Below, in pieces: positions 1-13,192 of a stretch of 64,000 nucleotides of DNA. Location: assembly GCF_018350175.1 (NCBI RefSeq), contig NC_058368.1, positions 222,272,001 to 222,336,000 on the forward strand, written 5' to 3'. Each line of letters starts with the position of its first letter. The stretch's first letter is position 1. Below the pieces are notes generated by a model. The model ran no database searches. It saw nothing but the letters and a program-made list of their open reading frames with translations, and was not told where the DNA came from. Origin of the DNA: Felis catus (lineage: Eukaryota). The position numbers and the translations under genes were made by a program.

Positions 1-88
1 TTCTGTGTCTCCCTCTCTCTCTGCCCCTCCCTTGCTCGTGCTCTGCTTCTTTCTGTCTCAAAAGTAAATAAACACTAAAAAAAAAAAA
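1..88 (+). mobile_element. Carnivore SINE (Can-SINE), 3' end only (cut by window start)
   Basis: ttctgtgtctccctctctctctgcccctcc CT-rich body, aaataaac and poly(A) tail. Confidence 0.9.
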
Positions 89-522
89 GACATAAATTAA
101 TGCAATGATTATTTCTTACTATTTTAACATTCCTCCCTATCCCTTGGGAATTTGTGGGTGTTATTTTTATTTTTATTATTTTACATATTCTTTGGTATTG
201 TATAAATCGACGCAATGATTGTACATTATACTTAGAGTAAAATTAATTTTTATTTTAGCATTTTCAACAATCTTATTGTGCTTACAAACTTCAACTTTTA
301 CTACTTCTTCACCAAAAATCAACAAAAAAATTGTTGCAAATTTTGCTGTTTTGAAGCATAGGCACATTTTTATATTTTGGCCTTAAAATCTAAGTCTTAA
401 CGTAGGACTTTATACTCACTGTTCTAATATTTCTGTATTTTTAATACATGTTTTCCATATTATTTATTTAATTAAAGTAATACTTCAGCAAATATGACAT
501 CTGTAACAAGTCTAGTTTTTTA

Positions 523-743
523 TTTTATTTACTTTTTTTTCAACATTTATTTATTTTTGGGACAGAGAGAGACAGAGCATGAACGGGGGAGGGGCAGAGA
601 GAGAGAGAGACACAGAATCGGAAACAGGCTCCAGGCTCTGAGCCATCAGCCCAGAGCCTGACGCGGGGCTTGAACTCCCGGACCGCGAGATCGTGACCTG
701 GCTGAGGTCGGACGCTTAACCGACTGCGCCACCCAGGCGCCCC
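523..743 (-). mobile_element. Young felid SINE (SINEC_Fc-like)
   Basis: Full body ending ...gactgcgccacccaggcgcccc, CpG-rich; 17-bp perfect TSD acaagtctagtttttta (506-522/744-760). Confidence 0.95.
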
Positions 744-2472
744 ACAAGTCTAGTTTTTTAAACCTCTAGTCTAAAAAGTCAGTTATCTTTTCTGGGATAC
801 ATTTTATGGAATTTATTTCAGTGTGCGCCTTTGAAATTGTTTTGTTTCTGAAACAGGCAACTACATACTAGAGGTGATTCTGTTTCATTCAACCATTGCT
901 TTATTCCATGAATAGAGATAGGTTTATATTTTGAAAGTTGTGTGTGTGTGATAATTTTTAAAAACATTTAACTCTTAATCTAAAGTATTTAGCATATTAA
1001 GATACATTGGATCAAAGTTCTGTAAACGTTCTGTTTTGGGATTGGAAATGTATTCTCTATATAGTATACTTAGGTGACTCTTACAAAATTATTTGAAAAT
1101 TACATAACAAAATATTTTTATACTAAAGCTGTCTTTTCCTCTTTTCAAAGTTTGCAATGCAACCACATTATTTCCAGTAAAGAATGAATCAACATTATTT
1201 TACTAATGTAAATGTATTGCAATGGACTTTAGTATTTTAATGGCAAAGATTTCCATATGAAAATGTGATAATTTAAAATACACAAGTTGGCAATTTTGGA
1301 AAGAACTTGTTTATGTAAGTTTGAATCTTCATGTTTAAGAAAAAAGGTGTTTTATTATTCTATTTAAAATTAATAAAAGGAAGACAAAATACAAAGAGAA
1401 ATTTGTCACCTGAAAAAACATTTTAATACTCAAACCCAGTAGGTAACAAATAGTGATGAGGCTTTTCTAGTGCAGGGTGATAAATTATTAGAATGGAATA
1501 CTATTAACTTCAAGTTCACACATAGCAATTAAATGCCATGAACCTCTAGCTGGTGCTTTGTCTGTGCTAAAAAAAGCAATTGCTATTTCTTTACTCAGTC
1601 TGAGGTTAGTTCCGATTTTTAATTAACACGAAGCCAAGAATTTTCCTTTAAAACACTCTACTCCCAAGAGTGTGCTCTTCCAATGTCTAATGAAAAATAA
1701 ACACTAAGTCTACTAAGCCTGGTGCTAGGTTTAATTGGGACTCATTTAATTTTTCTCTCTACAAACTCCTGGATCAGATATTTAATTTCATCTGTGCTAT
1801 AGAGGATTTTCTGGCTTGTTTTTACATGCTTATGTTAACTGACTATTATATTTATTCTATCAATCCTGCCTCATTTTTCTAATTGTATTCAAAAAATAAC
1901 AAGGAGGGAGCAGTGAAAAGAGGTTACAAATTACAGAGAGAAATCTAGTAGATCAGCCAGATAATTTTCCACTACTGCTTGAGGAAAAGAAAACAAGTTA
2001 AGGTGATACATTTCTCTAAAGGCTAAGAGGGGGAAAAAAAAACCCAACAGATAAATAAATAAAACGTTATTAGACATTGTCTGTGAAAGGTGTGGTAGTG
2101 AGGAGGGAACTCATTTAGTCTTGAAAAACCTCTAAAAGTTAAAGTAGCCAATGGCCCCTTAATGAAAACTGATTGCCTAAATTTTGACTTTTCTGAATTT
2201 TTTAAGTTATTTATGTATGTTGATTGATATGTAATGTCACAAGTGGAAAAATAACTATTTTCCAAGTAAGGGAAAACAACTTCCCTCTCTCTCAGTAATT
2301 AGGTAACTAGCTAGAAATACAGAGATTTTACCAGTAAGTCCTTGTAAAGATTGGTCAATTTAATATGGTCTCCACACATGTTCAGTTTGGAACACAGTCC
2401 TTTGCTGTAGATATTTAAAAAGGATCAAGCATTGGAATTATCGTGCTATTTCTTATAAACAGTCTTCATTCT

Positions 2473-2697
2473 TTAAAACATTTTTTTAATGTTTATTTAT
2501 TTTTGAGAGACAGAAAGAGACAGAGCATGAACAGGGGAGGGGCAGAGAGAGAGGGAGACCCAGAATCTGAAGCAGGCTCCAGGCTCCAGGTTCTGAGCTG
2601 TCAGCACAGAGGCGGATGCCGGGCTCGAACTCACAAACTGTGAGATCATGACCTGAGCCAAAGTCGGCACTTAACCCACGAGCCACCCAAGTGTCCC
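2473..2697 (-). mobile_element. Can-SINE
   Basis: Antisense SINE body; TSD taaacagtct. Confidence 0.92.
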
Positions 2698-2769
2698 TAA
2701 ACAGTCTAATTCTAACAGTACATGAAAAGATAAGATCTGCCCTTTTTTTTTCAGTTTCATATTTTATTA

Positions 2770-3530
2770 AGAAAAAAATTAATTGTACAAGTGAAAGGAT
2801 ACACTCATATACCCATCCTCTAGATTCTCAAGTTAACATATATGTCTACTCACACTTCTGTTCATTTGCCAATCTATCTTATTTTTCTGATGCGTTTCAC
2901 AATAAATTGCAGACATAAATCTACTTCGATCTTAAAGAGTTCACCAAGCATGTCAGCTGCTAGAATTCAATATTACTTGTATGACTTTTTTTTAAGTAAA
3001 ACTTACGTGCAGTGATATGTGCAAATCTTGGGTGTACCAGTCATGAGATTTTTGAGTAATGCAAATATTGTATAACTGAAATTTCTACTAAAGATAAATT
3101 TTCATTACCATCTCTTCAGAAAGCTGCCTCAAGTCCTTTCTCAGAAATTTCTTTTTATGAAAATTTTTTTATTAAGTTTTTTTTTAATGTTTGTTTATTT
3201 TTGAGACGATGCGAAAGACAGAGTGCAAGCAACAGAGGGGCCGACAGAGGGAGACACAGAATCCCAAGTGGGCTCCAGGCCCTGAACTGTCAGTCCAGAG
3301 CCCCATGGGGGGCTCAAAGTCGCAAACCTTGAGGTCATGGCCTGAGCCAAAGTCAGACCCTTAACCGAATTAGCCACTCAGGCGCCCCCTTTCTCAGAAA
3401 CTTCTTGATTCTGCTTCCTCAAAGGTAACCACTCTTCCATTTTTATTTTTACCACAGATTAGTTTTAACTACTCCATAAAGTCATAAAAATGGAATCATA
3501 TATCTCTTCACATTCTGTGAATTGTTCATA
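2770..3530 (-). mobile_element. Old L1M (L1ME/MC-like) 3' fragments, interrupted by a SINE
   Basis: Antisense L1 3' motifs such as aaaggtaaccactctt...accacagattagtttt...aaatggaatcata. Confidence 0.55.
3154..3388 (-). mobile_element. Can-SINE
   Basis: Antisense SINE body; TSD ctttctcagaaa(t/c)ttctt. Confidence 0.92.
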
Positions 3531-3543
3531 TATGATTTTTTTA

Positions 3544-3747
3544 ATGTTTTTTTTAATTTATTTTTGAAGGAGAGACAGAGCATGAGCGGGGGAGGAGCAG
3601 AGAGAGAGGAAGACATAGAATGTGAAGCAGGCTCCAGGCTCTAAGCTGTCAGCATAGAGCCTGATGCGGGGCTTGAACTCACAAACTGTGAGATCATGAC
3701 CTGAGCTAAAGTCGGACGCTTAACCAACTGAGCCACCCAGGCGCCCC
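3544..3747 (-). mobile_element. Can-SINE inserted at the tail of the next SINE
   Basis: Antisense body; TSD tcatatatgatttttt. Confidence 0.93.
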
Positions 3748-3765
3748 TCATATATGATTTTTTAA

Positions 3766-3964
3766 GTTTATTTATTTATTTTGAGAGAGGCAGAGATAGC
3801 ACCAGAATGGGCAGGGCAGAGAGAGGGAGACAGAAAATCCCAAGCAGGCTCAGCATTGTCAGTACAAAGCCCTTCACAGGACTCAAACCCACAAAACCAT
3901 GAGATCATGACCTGAGCCGAACCCAAGACTCGGACACAAGTGACTGAACCACCCAGGTGCTCCC
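3766..3964 (-). mobile_element. Can-SINE (older subfamily)
   Basis: Antisense body with aatcccaagcaggctc...ccaagactcgga. Confidence 0.9.
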
Positions 3965-4035
3965 ATAATGATTTGATTAGCAATTTTACAGAATACAAAT
4001 TCAAAATATAAAGTACAGAAAGAAAAAAAAAAAAA

Positions 4036-4137
4036 AAGGCCAGAGTTAATCATGCTACAAAATGTGCCTGTAACACTGTCTGGGTTAAGTGTTTTGATTT
4101 AATGAAAGTTACTATTGTTGACTACATTTTAAAAACT
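4036..4137 (+). repeat. Dispersed direct repeat, copy 1 (copy 2 at 5451-5552)
   Basis: Ungapped ~102-bp match, ~84% identity by hand, shared core ctgggttaagtgttttgattt. Confidence 0.85.
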
Positions 4138-4641
4138 TTCTAGGAATACTCAAGTTTAAATGAAGTTCTGGGTCAAAGTTAGTAAGTGATATTTTCTAGA
4201 TATTTGTCTAAAATGATGATTTAAAATAAGTTTTTAAGTGAATAGGATTGCAGTAATTCATAATTTTCTGTCATATGTTAATTTCTGATGTAAACGCCGT
4301 TTTAATTTTCTTTACATTTTTAAGAGTTGTTTACCCTTTCAGTGTTTTTTTTTTGACAAAGTTTGTCTATTAATCCACACAAAATAATTTAAATCAGCTT
4401 TAACTTCACAGATTTAAAAGTTCTTTCTCTCATTTACTAATATCTATTAAACTTTATATCTTCTCTTTTAAGTGATTTAGATATAATCTATTTTTTCAAT
4501 GTGTAAGTTTGACATTGAAGGTGTTATTATTACACTGTCTCAGGCAGAATATAAGATATGAACATCCATGAACGTGTTTTGACTTAATTCTGTACAGTTT
4601 GATGTCTGGAATTTCACTGTTGCTTAGTTCAATAGATTTTC

Positions 4642-4747
4642 TTTTTTATTTTTTTTTTTCAGTTTTTTCAAGTTTATTTATTTATTTATTTTGAGAGAGA
4701 GAGACACAGAGACAGAGAATGTGAGCAGGGGAGGTAGACAGAGAGAA

Positions 4748-4796
<49 letters not shown>

Positions 4797-4921
4797 CCCA
4801 AGCAGGCTCCCCACTGTCAGCACAGGGGCCATGTGGGGCTAGAACTCATGAACTATGAGATTATGATCTGACCCAAAACCAAGAGTCAGATGGCTAACTG
4901 ATTGAACCACCTAGGCATTCC
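4642..4921 (-). mobile_element. Can-SINE with expanded (GA)n
   Basis: Antisense body; TSD agtt(c/t)(a/c)atagattttc. Confidence 0.92.
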
Positions 4922-5450
4922 AGTTTCATAGATTTTCAAATCTTCATTATGATTTAATTGACTTATATATTATCAAAAGTATTATTAATTTCCAAAGTTG
5001 CAGTATTCTTAAATTTTTAAAGTTTTTTTTGTTTTGTTTTATTAAATTTTCCCTTCATTGTTTTATAATCAAAGAAAATATTTGATGACAGCAATTACTA
5101 GAAAGATTTTATCAATCCAAAAGATTAGCATCTTAAACCAGCTGAGTGAGAGATATGGGATTCAGGACATGTAATGAGGACTGTGAATGAATCTTCTACA
5201 TGGTTCCAAGTGGTTTCTCCCTATGACCTATTATTCATTCTTACCTTAAGTTTAGCCCACTCAGTGCTTTAAGACTTCTCACAGAATCCAAAGCTCTGGC
5301 CAGTTGAAAGTATACTCTCTTTCTTACAATATTGCATTTTAAAATATTGCTTCATAATAATTTTTATATATATATTTATATATATTTTTATATACATACA
5401 TAAATATGTATGTGTGTGTGTGTCTGTGTGTGTGCACAATACAGAAAATA

Positions 5451-5552
5451 AAGGCCAGAAATAGTCATGTTCCAAAATATGCCTATAACACTACCTGGGT
5501 TAAGTGTTTTGATTTTACAAAAGCTACAATTGTTAATTACATTTTAAAAACT
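5451..5552 (+). repeat. Dispersed direct repeat, copy 2 (copy 1 at 4036-4137)
   Basis: aaggccaga...tacattttaaaaact aligns ungapped to 4036-4137. Confidence 0.85.
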
Positions 5553-5888
5553 GTGTGTGTTGTGTGCGTGTGTGTATCTATGGTATGTCAATCTCTATTA
5601 TAAATTGGGTCCAGTTTGTTTATTTTAGACAAACATATAGACCCTGATGAGTTTATAACCTCAATTACTCTTACTTCTTGATGTTTACAAACAAACTGTT
5701 CTGTTGCTCAGACTTACTTCTTACCTCACTCTAGTTTCAGTAGTGTTTGTTTTCTTTCTTATGTGTTGTGTCTCATTTCGGGGTATTTTCTATAATGTTT
5801 TTATGTTCTTTTTTATATATTTCTTGAGGTTTGTCAAAAAGGACCCAGTATGTGCTTTAGTATGTGCTTTATTGAAGCACATATTCTA

Positions 5889-6098
5889 TTTTTTTTCTTT
5901 TAAATTTATTTACTAAATTTGAGAGAGACAGAGAAAGAGTGCAAGCAGGGGAGAGGCAGAGAGAAGGGGAACAGAGGATCCGAAGAGGGCTCCACACTGA
6001 CAGCAGAGACACTGATGCAGGGCTTGAACCCATGAACCGTGAGAACATGACCTGAGCCTAAATCAGTTGCTCAACCAACTGAGCCACCCAGGCACCCT
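5889..6098 (-). mobile_element. Can-SINE
   Basis: Antisense body ending gagccacccaggcaccc. Confidence 0.9.
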
Positions 6099-6119
6099 CC
6101 TTATTCGGTATTCGAGACC

Positions 6120-6331
6120 CTGTTTCCTCTTGTTACCATCTCATATTAAAATGGAACATTTGTGACAACCGGTGACCAGATATTGTACTAGCTAGGATCC
6201 TTACATTATTTGTATGTTGTTAATTTTTATTAATGTCTTTTTTTTTTATATTTCTGTTCCAAGATGGCCTCTCCATATTACATTTCATTGTCATGTCTCC
6301 TTATGCTCCTCTAGACTGTAAACTTTCTCAG
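6120..6331 (-). mobile_element. L1MC-like 3'UTR fragment
   Basis: ggaacatttgtgacaac...tttctgttccaagat...tcatgtctcctta antisense L1MC motifs. Confidence 0.6.
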
Positions 6332-7079
6332 CAGAAAGTGTCTTTTGAGTAGTAATATTGCCTATATGTAACACAAGAAAATGTCGCTCCAGAAGAAATA
6401 TCCCCAAAAGCCTTACAATGTCTTTATCTAAATTTCGCCAAAGAATTTCTCACATTGCCATTTAAAATAGTATGTGGAGCAATGGAGGCCACCTCTTAGT
6501 CTATCAGCTTAAGTACTAATTAAAACGAGCTGTTAGACCTACTGCACTGTATCTCGATGTCTGCACATCTAGTTATGGCTTTTCTTTTTTTGAGAAACGC
6601 CCCTGGAATCTGTCAATACAGAATCCGCTATCACACATTTTCAAGATCCCCACTATCAGTAATATTTATTTAAATACTCTCATTATTTTGGTGGAAAGTT
6701 TGTGCTTTCAGGTTGGTTTGCTAATTCACTTGATGAAGTTCCGTTAGACCCTTGTAAGTCTTAATTTGTACTGTCCTTTAAGTGAAAGTGACAAAAAAAC
6801 ATTCCTGCAAGAAGTGCTCTTAATGCACTTTCTACTATAATGCTTCAGGTGTCTCCCGGTAATAATACAGATATTTCCTTTGCCACTGTTTGTTGTGAGC
6901 TACTGGAGTCCCATACCTAAATATGAACCAAATTTTCACTGCTGTCAGATTCAATAAACCAGTGAAACAATGACAGAGTTCTCCCAGGGCACAGCAAACG
7001 ATTGTGTGGTCATGTGCCTATACCATAGCTGCCTGTGTGTGTGTGGTTTTGCAGTTACCTACTGTTGTGTTGCTTATTC

Positions 7080-7520
7080 CCTAGAAACTTCCCTAGTGGC
7101 TTAATCAAAACCGTAATTACATTTTTTCTTATAATTCTGTGGTTTGACTGGGGCCCAGCTGGGTGTCCTTATGCTCTTCACTATTGAGTCTCTTTTGTGT
7201 CTGCAGTCAGATGGTTGCTTCAAGATGGCTACCCTCATGTATCTGATGCCCTGCTGGGTTGCTGGTAGACAGGCTCCACAAAACACTGAAGACCTGAGTC
7301 TGTCTCAAGCCTGTTTCACTGTGTCTAGATGGTCTCTTCGTGGGTACTTCCCATGTGTTCTCAACAGCAGTGTTGCTGTAATTTTTACTTAATAGCACTC
7401 CTAAGAGTGCACAAGTAGAAACCCTTATGGCTTCATACGCCATATCACGGAACGGGCACGATGTTGCCTCTGCCACTTTGGTCAGTTGCAGGGCCTGCCT
7501 AATTCAACATGTGAGGAAAC
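7080..7520 (-). mobile_element. Old MaLR LTR (MLT1J/K-like)
   Basis: ctagtggcttaa...ataattctgtggtttgactggggcccagctggg...caagatggct motifs. Confidence 0.6.
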
Positions 7521-8055
7521 CACACCAAGATGTAAATATTGGGATAGATGGTCTATCATGATTATGTTTGAAAACTAGTTAATACAAGTGAGAGGAAGAC
7601 TTTTCCTACTTTCAGATTTCATCAAGACTCGAAACACAGAAGACTTGCTAAAAAAGGTGAGAGTTCCAACTTTGAATAAATAAGGCAAATATCTATTATA
7701 TTATGCAATCCTTTTCCCAAGAATTTCAGATAACTCTTTTGTACAGTTTTTCAGGGAAATGGTCCTGTAAGAGTAAGAACATATTATTTAAAATATAGCT
7801 GATCGCTCCTTTTGATTTTCAGTTTCTTATCTACACTCAAGAATTAGCTCCATTTTCCTGTTAATTTCCTATTAGTATAATAAAAAATACTAATTATTAG
7901 GGAAAGTATTTCACCAATTCTAAAGCCAGTTATCCCCAACTGATATGCGAATCTCCAAATTCTTGTCCTGCCACATAGTCATTTTTCTGCTGTATTTGGT
8001 AATGATTGTGTTTCAATATGAATTTGATAAGAAATACAGAAATTAGAGCAAACGT

Positions 8056-8230
8056 ACGGTTACCAGAGGGAAGGTGGTTAAGGAAATGGGTTAAATAGGT
8101 GATGGGCTTAATGAGGGCACTTGTGATGAGCACATGGTGATGTATGGAAGTGTTAAATTACTATATTGCACACCTGAAATGAATGTAACCGTGTATGTTA
8201 ACTAACAGGAATTAAATACATAAAAGAAAG
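8056..8230 (+). mobile_element. Carnivore L1 3' end (5'-truncated)
   Basis: ggttaccagaggg...gagggcacttgtgatgagcac...cacctgaaa...gtatgttaacta plus A-rich tail. Confidence 0.85.
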
Positions 8231-8530
8231 TAACTCTTCCTGGAGCATAATCTGTCCTTCTGTAAGGTGCTCCAAGGCATAATGAATGTTTAAATATTAT
8301 CTGGAAGGCATCTCTTCTGCACCTTTCTGCAGGTATCAATGCTAAGCTTTGTAAACATTTCACGCAAGACCTTGCCATCCTTCAGTTGGTCACCAAACAC
8401 AAAATAAAGAGAATATCCAAGTACATAACATCTTATGTACTTGGGGAAAAAAAGGAAGTAGAATATAAAAAAAGTAAAATGAAGTAAGCAAATATACTGA
8501 TTTGCCATAAAGCCCAGAGATGGGCTTATA

Positions 8531-8751
8531 TTTTTTTTTTAGTTTTTTAAGTTTAATTTTCATATTTGAGACAGAGAGAGAGCATGAGCAGGGGAGGGCC
8601 AAAGAGATGGAGACAGAATCTGAAGCAGACTCCAGGCTCTGAGCTGTCAGCACAGAGACCGATGTGGGGCTTGAACTCACAAGCAGCGAGTTTGAAGTCA
8701 TGACCTGAGCTGAAATAGGACGCCTAACTGACTGAGCCACCCAGGCGCCCC
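8531..8751 (-). mobile_element. Can-SINE
   Basis: Antisense body; degenerate TSD tggg..tatatttt. Confidence 0.92.
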
Positions 8752-10054
8752 TTGGGTGTATATTTTATATACATTTGCTTAAAAAGCATAAAGAAGAAAA
8801 GAAAAGAAGAAAAGCTCTTGACCTTTCAACAGAGAGAACTGAGCCTTAAAGAATATGAGCAAATCAAAGTCAAGAACCTGCTCATTTAGGTGGACCTTGC
8901 CTCTCTCTGGGTTGCAGGTATAATGATATAGGACAAGGGAAAGGGAATATGGGGGTGCAAAGAGATGTCTGCTGGGCCAATGTTTTTAACCCCACAATCA
9001 GCTATGCAAAGGCAATTTAGCTTTCTCCACCCAAAATTCATCAGTTTTTCCTATTGAGTCTCCACCAACTTGGTGAGAAATATAATTAATATGGAATCCC
9101 ATCAAGTAAACAATGCAATAAAAAGTGCTTTTAGAAAAACACTGAGTTAAATCCTTGATTTTTCATATTTTGGGAGTTACCATATCCAGTTTTTTTATAG
9201 GAAACCTAGTTTTAAAAAAAAAGACTGAAAGGATTATCTATAAATGTAAATTCGACTGTTGAATTTCCATGATTTCTCCATACTCACATTAACCTGTTGA
9301 AAGATGTTCTTCACAGTTTCCGTCTCCCACTTTCTTATGTATAAACTTCCACTGGAATGTGTCTCTCACAAATATTCCAACTAAGATGTTTATCTTGCAG
9401 AATGAATGGCAGTGAATCTGAGGAGTATTCTAAAACCAAAATCAAACTTGATTACAGATTTCAAAATGTCTATATAATAAACAAAGTGAAAAATGTTCTG
9501 AGCCAAAAACCGCCTTATTTCTGGATGGGAAATTTGTTTTACAAATGCACAGTTTTTAACATGCTCCTTAAAATGATTGCAAAGTGAACATTTCAAAGGG
9601 GAAGTCTAACAATTGATGACTGACTGTGACTGTCAATAAGAAAAATGGTAATAAAGCAAGAAAGATGTGTACACAATTAATGACAATATTTGAACAAAAC
9701 TAAAGTACAACACCTGCCCATCTGTGCTCAAAGAAACAAGAAAATGGAAGTAACCAGAATGTGAAATAAGCTAAAAAGGTAAAAACATTTACTAAAGACA
9801 CGATGACTTAAAAGTATTTTAGTCAGTTCTGGGTAGGGTAGCAGACAAACATTGCAGAGCATTTCTCAATTATTTCCCAATCCCTCGATGCCTGTTTTGA
9901 CAGTGTGTGCTTGAATTCTGCGGTTCCATGTGTGGCTTCCTGTTCCCAATCTTTCAGATGGTAGTGGAGGCAATAATATCTCTAGAGAATCAGTTCTGTG
10001 GTGTTTTGGATGTCGTTTCTGGAAGAACAACCTAGAAACTTGGTCTATCCTACC

Positions 10055-10328
10055 TGTTATAGGCTGAATTGCATCCCCTCCAAATTTATATGGTAATGTC
10101 CTGACCCCCCCAGTACCTCAGATTGTGACTATATTTGGAGATAGGGTCTTGGAAGAGATAATGAATTTAAAATGAGGACATTAGGGTGGGCCCTAATGCA
10201 ATCTAACTGGTGTCCTAAAGAGAAGAGGAGATTATTATATAATGAGATGTACCAGGAACACACATGCACAGAGGGACAATCTTATGAAGAGGCAACAAGA
10301 GGACTGCCAGTTTTTTAAACGTTTATTC

Positions 10329-10375
<47 letters not shown>

Positions 10376-10704
10376 CTCATGAGCTGGAGAGGGGCAATGA
10401 GATAGAGAGGGGCACAGAGGATTGGAAGAGCTCTGTGATGACAAAAGACAGCCTGATGAGGGGCTTGAACTCATGAATTGCTTGAGTATGACCTGAACTG
10501 AAGTTGGATGCTCAACTGGCCAAACCACCCTGGGTCCCCAGGAGGCCTGCCATTTGAAAACTGAGGAAAGAGACTTCAGAAGAAACCTACCCTGCCAGAA
10601 CCTTGATCTTTGACTTCTAGCCTCAGGAATTATGAGAAAATAAATCTCTGTTTAAGCCACCCAGACTGTGGTATTTATTATGGCAGCCCCAGTAAACAAA
10701 TATA
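10055..10704 (+). mobile_element. MaLR solo LTR (MLT1A/B-like)
   Basis: Starts tgttataggctgaattg, contains gggtgggccctaat and ccttgatctttgacttctagcct, ends agtaaacaaatata; 5-bp TSD ctacc/ctgcc. Confidence 0.88.
10311..10539 (-). mobile_element. Can-SINE nested in MLT1
   Basis: Antisense body with (GA)n; TSD gagg(a/c)ctgcca. Confidence 0.9.
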
Positions 10705-11284
10705 CTGCCATTCCTAAGACTATTAACCTAAATTCTTCTACTTAACTCTTTCTGATAAAATACATAGACAGTTCATTTTCCCTGGATTGAATACTGATTA
10801 ACGAGATATTTAACAACAACATTAGGTAACAGATCCTTAAAACTGGAAATCTTAGATTGCTTATCTGAACTGGTTGTGTTTGTAAGCAAAGATGACTCTG
10901 TTCCTTTAGGAAAGGGAATTAATAGCATATGACACACAATAGCAAACACTTAGTGATATTATCTCTCAAGTAGGAGACAAGACCCTGGTGGAGCAAGGGG
11001 CCCCTGTGTTTGACGAGTTTAGTTTGAATGAAGAGTTCAAGCCAAGTGGAAAAAAACGGTGGTGTGTTAAAGTACAGAGAGTTGAAAATGGAGAAATGAC
11101 AACCTCATAGCTTAAACCCTTCTATGAAAGAATGATAAAAACTTGCATAGATAAATATCAGAAGAGAATGTTTGAATAATGTATGAGAGGGAGAGTTGCT
11201 TAGCATCATTTTGCATTAGGCAAATGTATCTTAAGCTTTTTAAAAATAAAATGAAGTAAAATTTCTCAATGTAGTAAAGAAAAA

Positions 11285-11510
11285 GTGGTGCCTGACTAGC
11301 CCTACCACCACAAAGAATGTAAAACTGGATAATATACATTAAGTACCAATTTCCTGTCCGTGACAGGTACCACAAGGCCATAATCCTCCAGTCAAGCCAC
11401 ATTTGTGAAGTGATAGCTGGGGCTCTTGACTTGTGGCAGGTTGTTCCCTGAGGAACCAGGAACTGAGGCCCATAGAGAGCAGGGGAGCCTCACTGAGCTG
11501 AGGACTTTCT
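11285..11510 (+). mobile_element. Old L1M 5'-end fragment
   Basis: gactagccctaccacca...taaaactggataatata resembles L1M 5' terminus. Confidence 0.4.
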
Positions 11511-12373
11511 ATTCCTTCTTATTCTAATGGTTGCTTTAGTATCTACTCTCTTTTTATACGTTTCCAGAGAATTCTTTACCTGTCCTTTTATAACATTGTT
11601 CATAATTGTCATCCCCTATGTGACACTGTTCTGTCCTTGGGTCCCTTTTCATCATTTATATTGAGAACTATCAGGCAACCACTCTGGGTCAAAAAAGTCG
11701 CTTCAACAGACATGATAAAACAGTTAAAAAATGTCAACCAATCTTGGCATACACACTCCCCCCCCCCACACAACCAAATTACTAATTACCCCATAAATGA
11801 ACAAAAAATAATCATCTCAATTATTATGAAAGACACATAGACACAAATATTGTGGAAAAAAATAAACATAGGGTTTGTAGGTCTCAAAGTTTCAAATAGA
11901 AAAGTGCAGGCAGCAAAAAGTTTTACATTTAATGAAGAAATTCAATATATGAAAGATACTTGTTGACTGATTTATATGGAAGAGCAAATGTTTGGGGTTC
12001 ACTTATTCAGGCTACAAATACTTACAGAAAATCATATCACATCAACTTTCATCATAATTTCATATTCCAAAAATGATCAAATATCTTTCCACTTCTGGGA
12101 GATGTAAATGTTCCAGAAAGCCTGATTTAATTTCATCCTGTATGTGTAACTACAACTTAAATATCTTGAAGTTGTATAAAGAGTGCTAATAGATAAAACC
12201 CACACATACTAGGTATAGTTTAACGATTTTCCATACAGTTGAAAGAGTTTGGTATAAATATATATTCATGATTTGAAAGAAATAATAAAATGATCTGTTT
12301 ATGCTAATGAGAATTTCAAGATTAGTATTGCTAAGCAAACATATGATGAATTGCCTAAGACTTGATTCATCTT

Positions 12374-12590
12374 TTTAAAATTTTTTTTAATGTTTATTTT
12401 TGAGAGAGAGAGAGAGAAACAAAACATGAGCAGAGAGAGAGGGAGAGAGAGGGAGACACAGAATCTGAAGCAGGATACAGGCTCTGAGCTGTCAGCACAG
12501 AGCCCGATGTGGGGCTCAAACTCACAAACCATCAGATCATGATCTAAGCCCAAGTGGGATGCTTAAATGACTAAGCCATCCAGGTGCACC
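12374..12590 (-). mobile_element. Can-SINE
   Basis: Perfect 17-bp TSD aagacttgattcatctt (12357-12373/12591-12607). Confidence 0.95.
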
Positions 12591-12605
12591 AAGACTTGAT
12601 TCATC

Positions 12606-12608
<3 letters not shown>

Positions 12609-12653
<45 letters not shown>
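12609..12653. repeat. (AG)n microsatellite
   Basis: Pure AG dinucleotide run. Confidence 0.95.
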
Positions 12654-12656
<3 letters not shown>

Positions 12657-13192
12657 TGGTTTGATTACTTCTTTGTGGCAATTCTGGTGTTTTTCATTTG
12701 TTCTCATTACTTCACAGCAGAATCCAAGCTAGAAAATCTAATAGTAAAACATTGAAAATATCCAGACCAGTTAACTTGGAATGGTTATAGATTCAACAGC
12801 ACGTTAAAATTGTGTAAGAAGATGAACGGGAAATTTTAAGGACTGCAAAGACAATCAGAGAAGTTGCTGTTTTCCGTCTCAGGTTCTATGAGAATTTTAT
12901 ATAATGAATCCATTAAGAATTTTTATATGTTAAGTAAACTTCTATTGTTCTGTGGTACATTAGCTCATTTGTGTCCTTACCTTTCATTCAATTTAATGCA
13001 GTTAAACTTAATGAACATTTTTCCCCCATTCTCTAGTAAGTGCCCGGCTATTAGGTGGAAACAGGAAGGAATAAGCACTATCATTGTCCTTGAGAACTCA
13101 CCCTCAAGAGAAACAGACAAAACAATACAAAACAAAACAAAACAAAAAGCCATGTGAATTTTGTCAACTATATTTGATTCCATTTCCCGGAC

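Larger units (their letters stand above)
9830..11100 (+). mobile_element. Old ERVL-type LTR plus start of internal region, interrupted by MLT1
   Basis: agttctgtggtgtt...ttctggaag before the MLT1 and an LTR-like 3' end (ttctgataaaatac...actgattaacgagata) after it; recalled similarity to LTR40/41-type elements. Confidence 0.35.

Noticed and set aside
8290..8508. 72-aa minus-strand ORF with protein-like C-terminus
   Set aside because: Weak splice signals, no recognisable homology, sandwiched between L1 and SINE.
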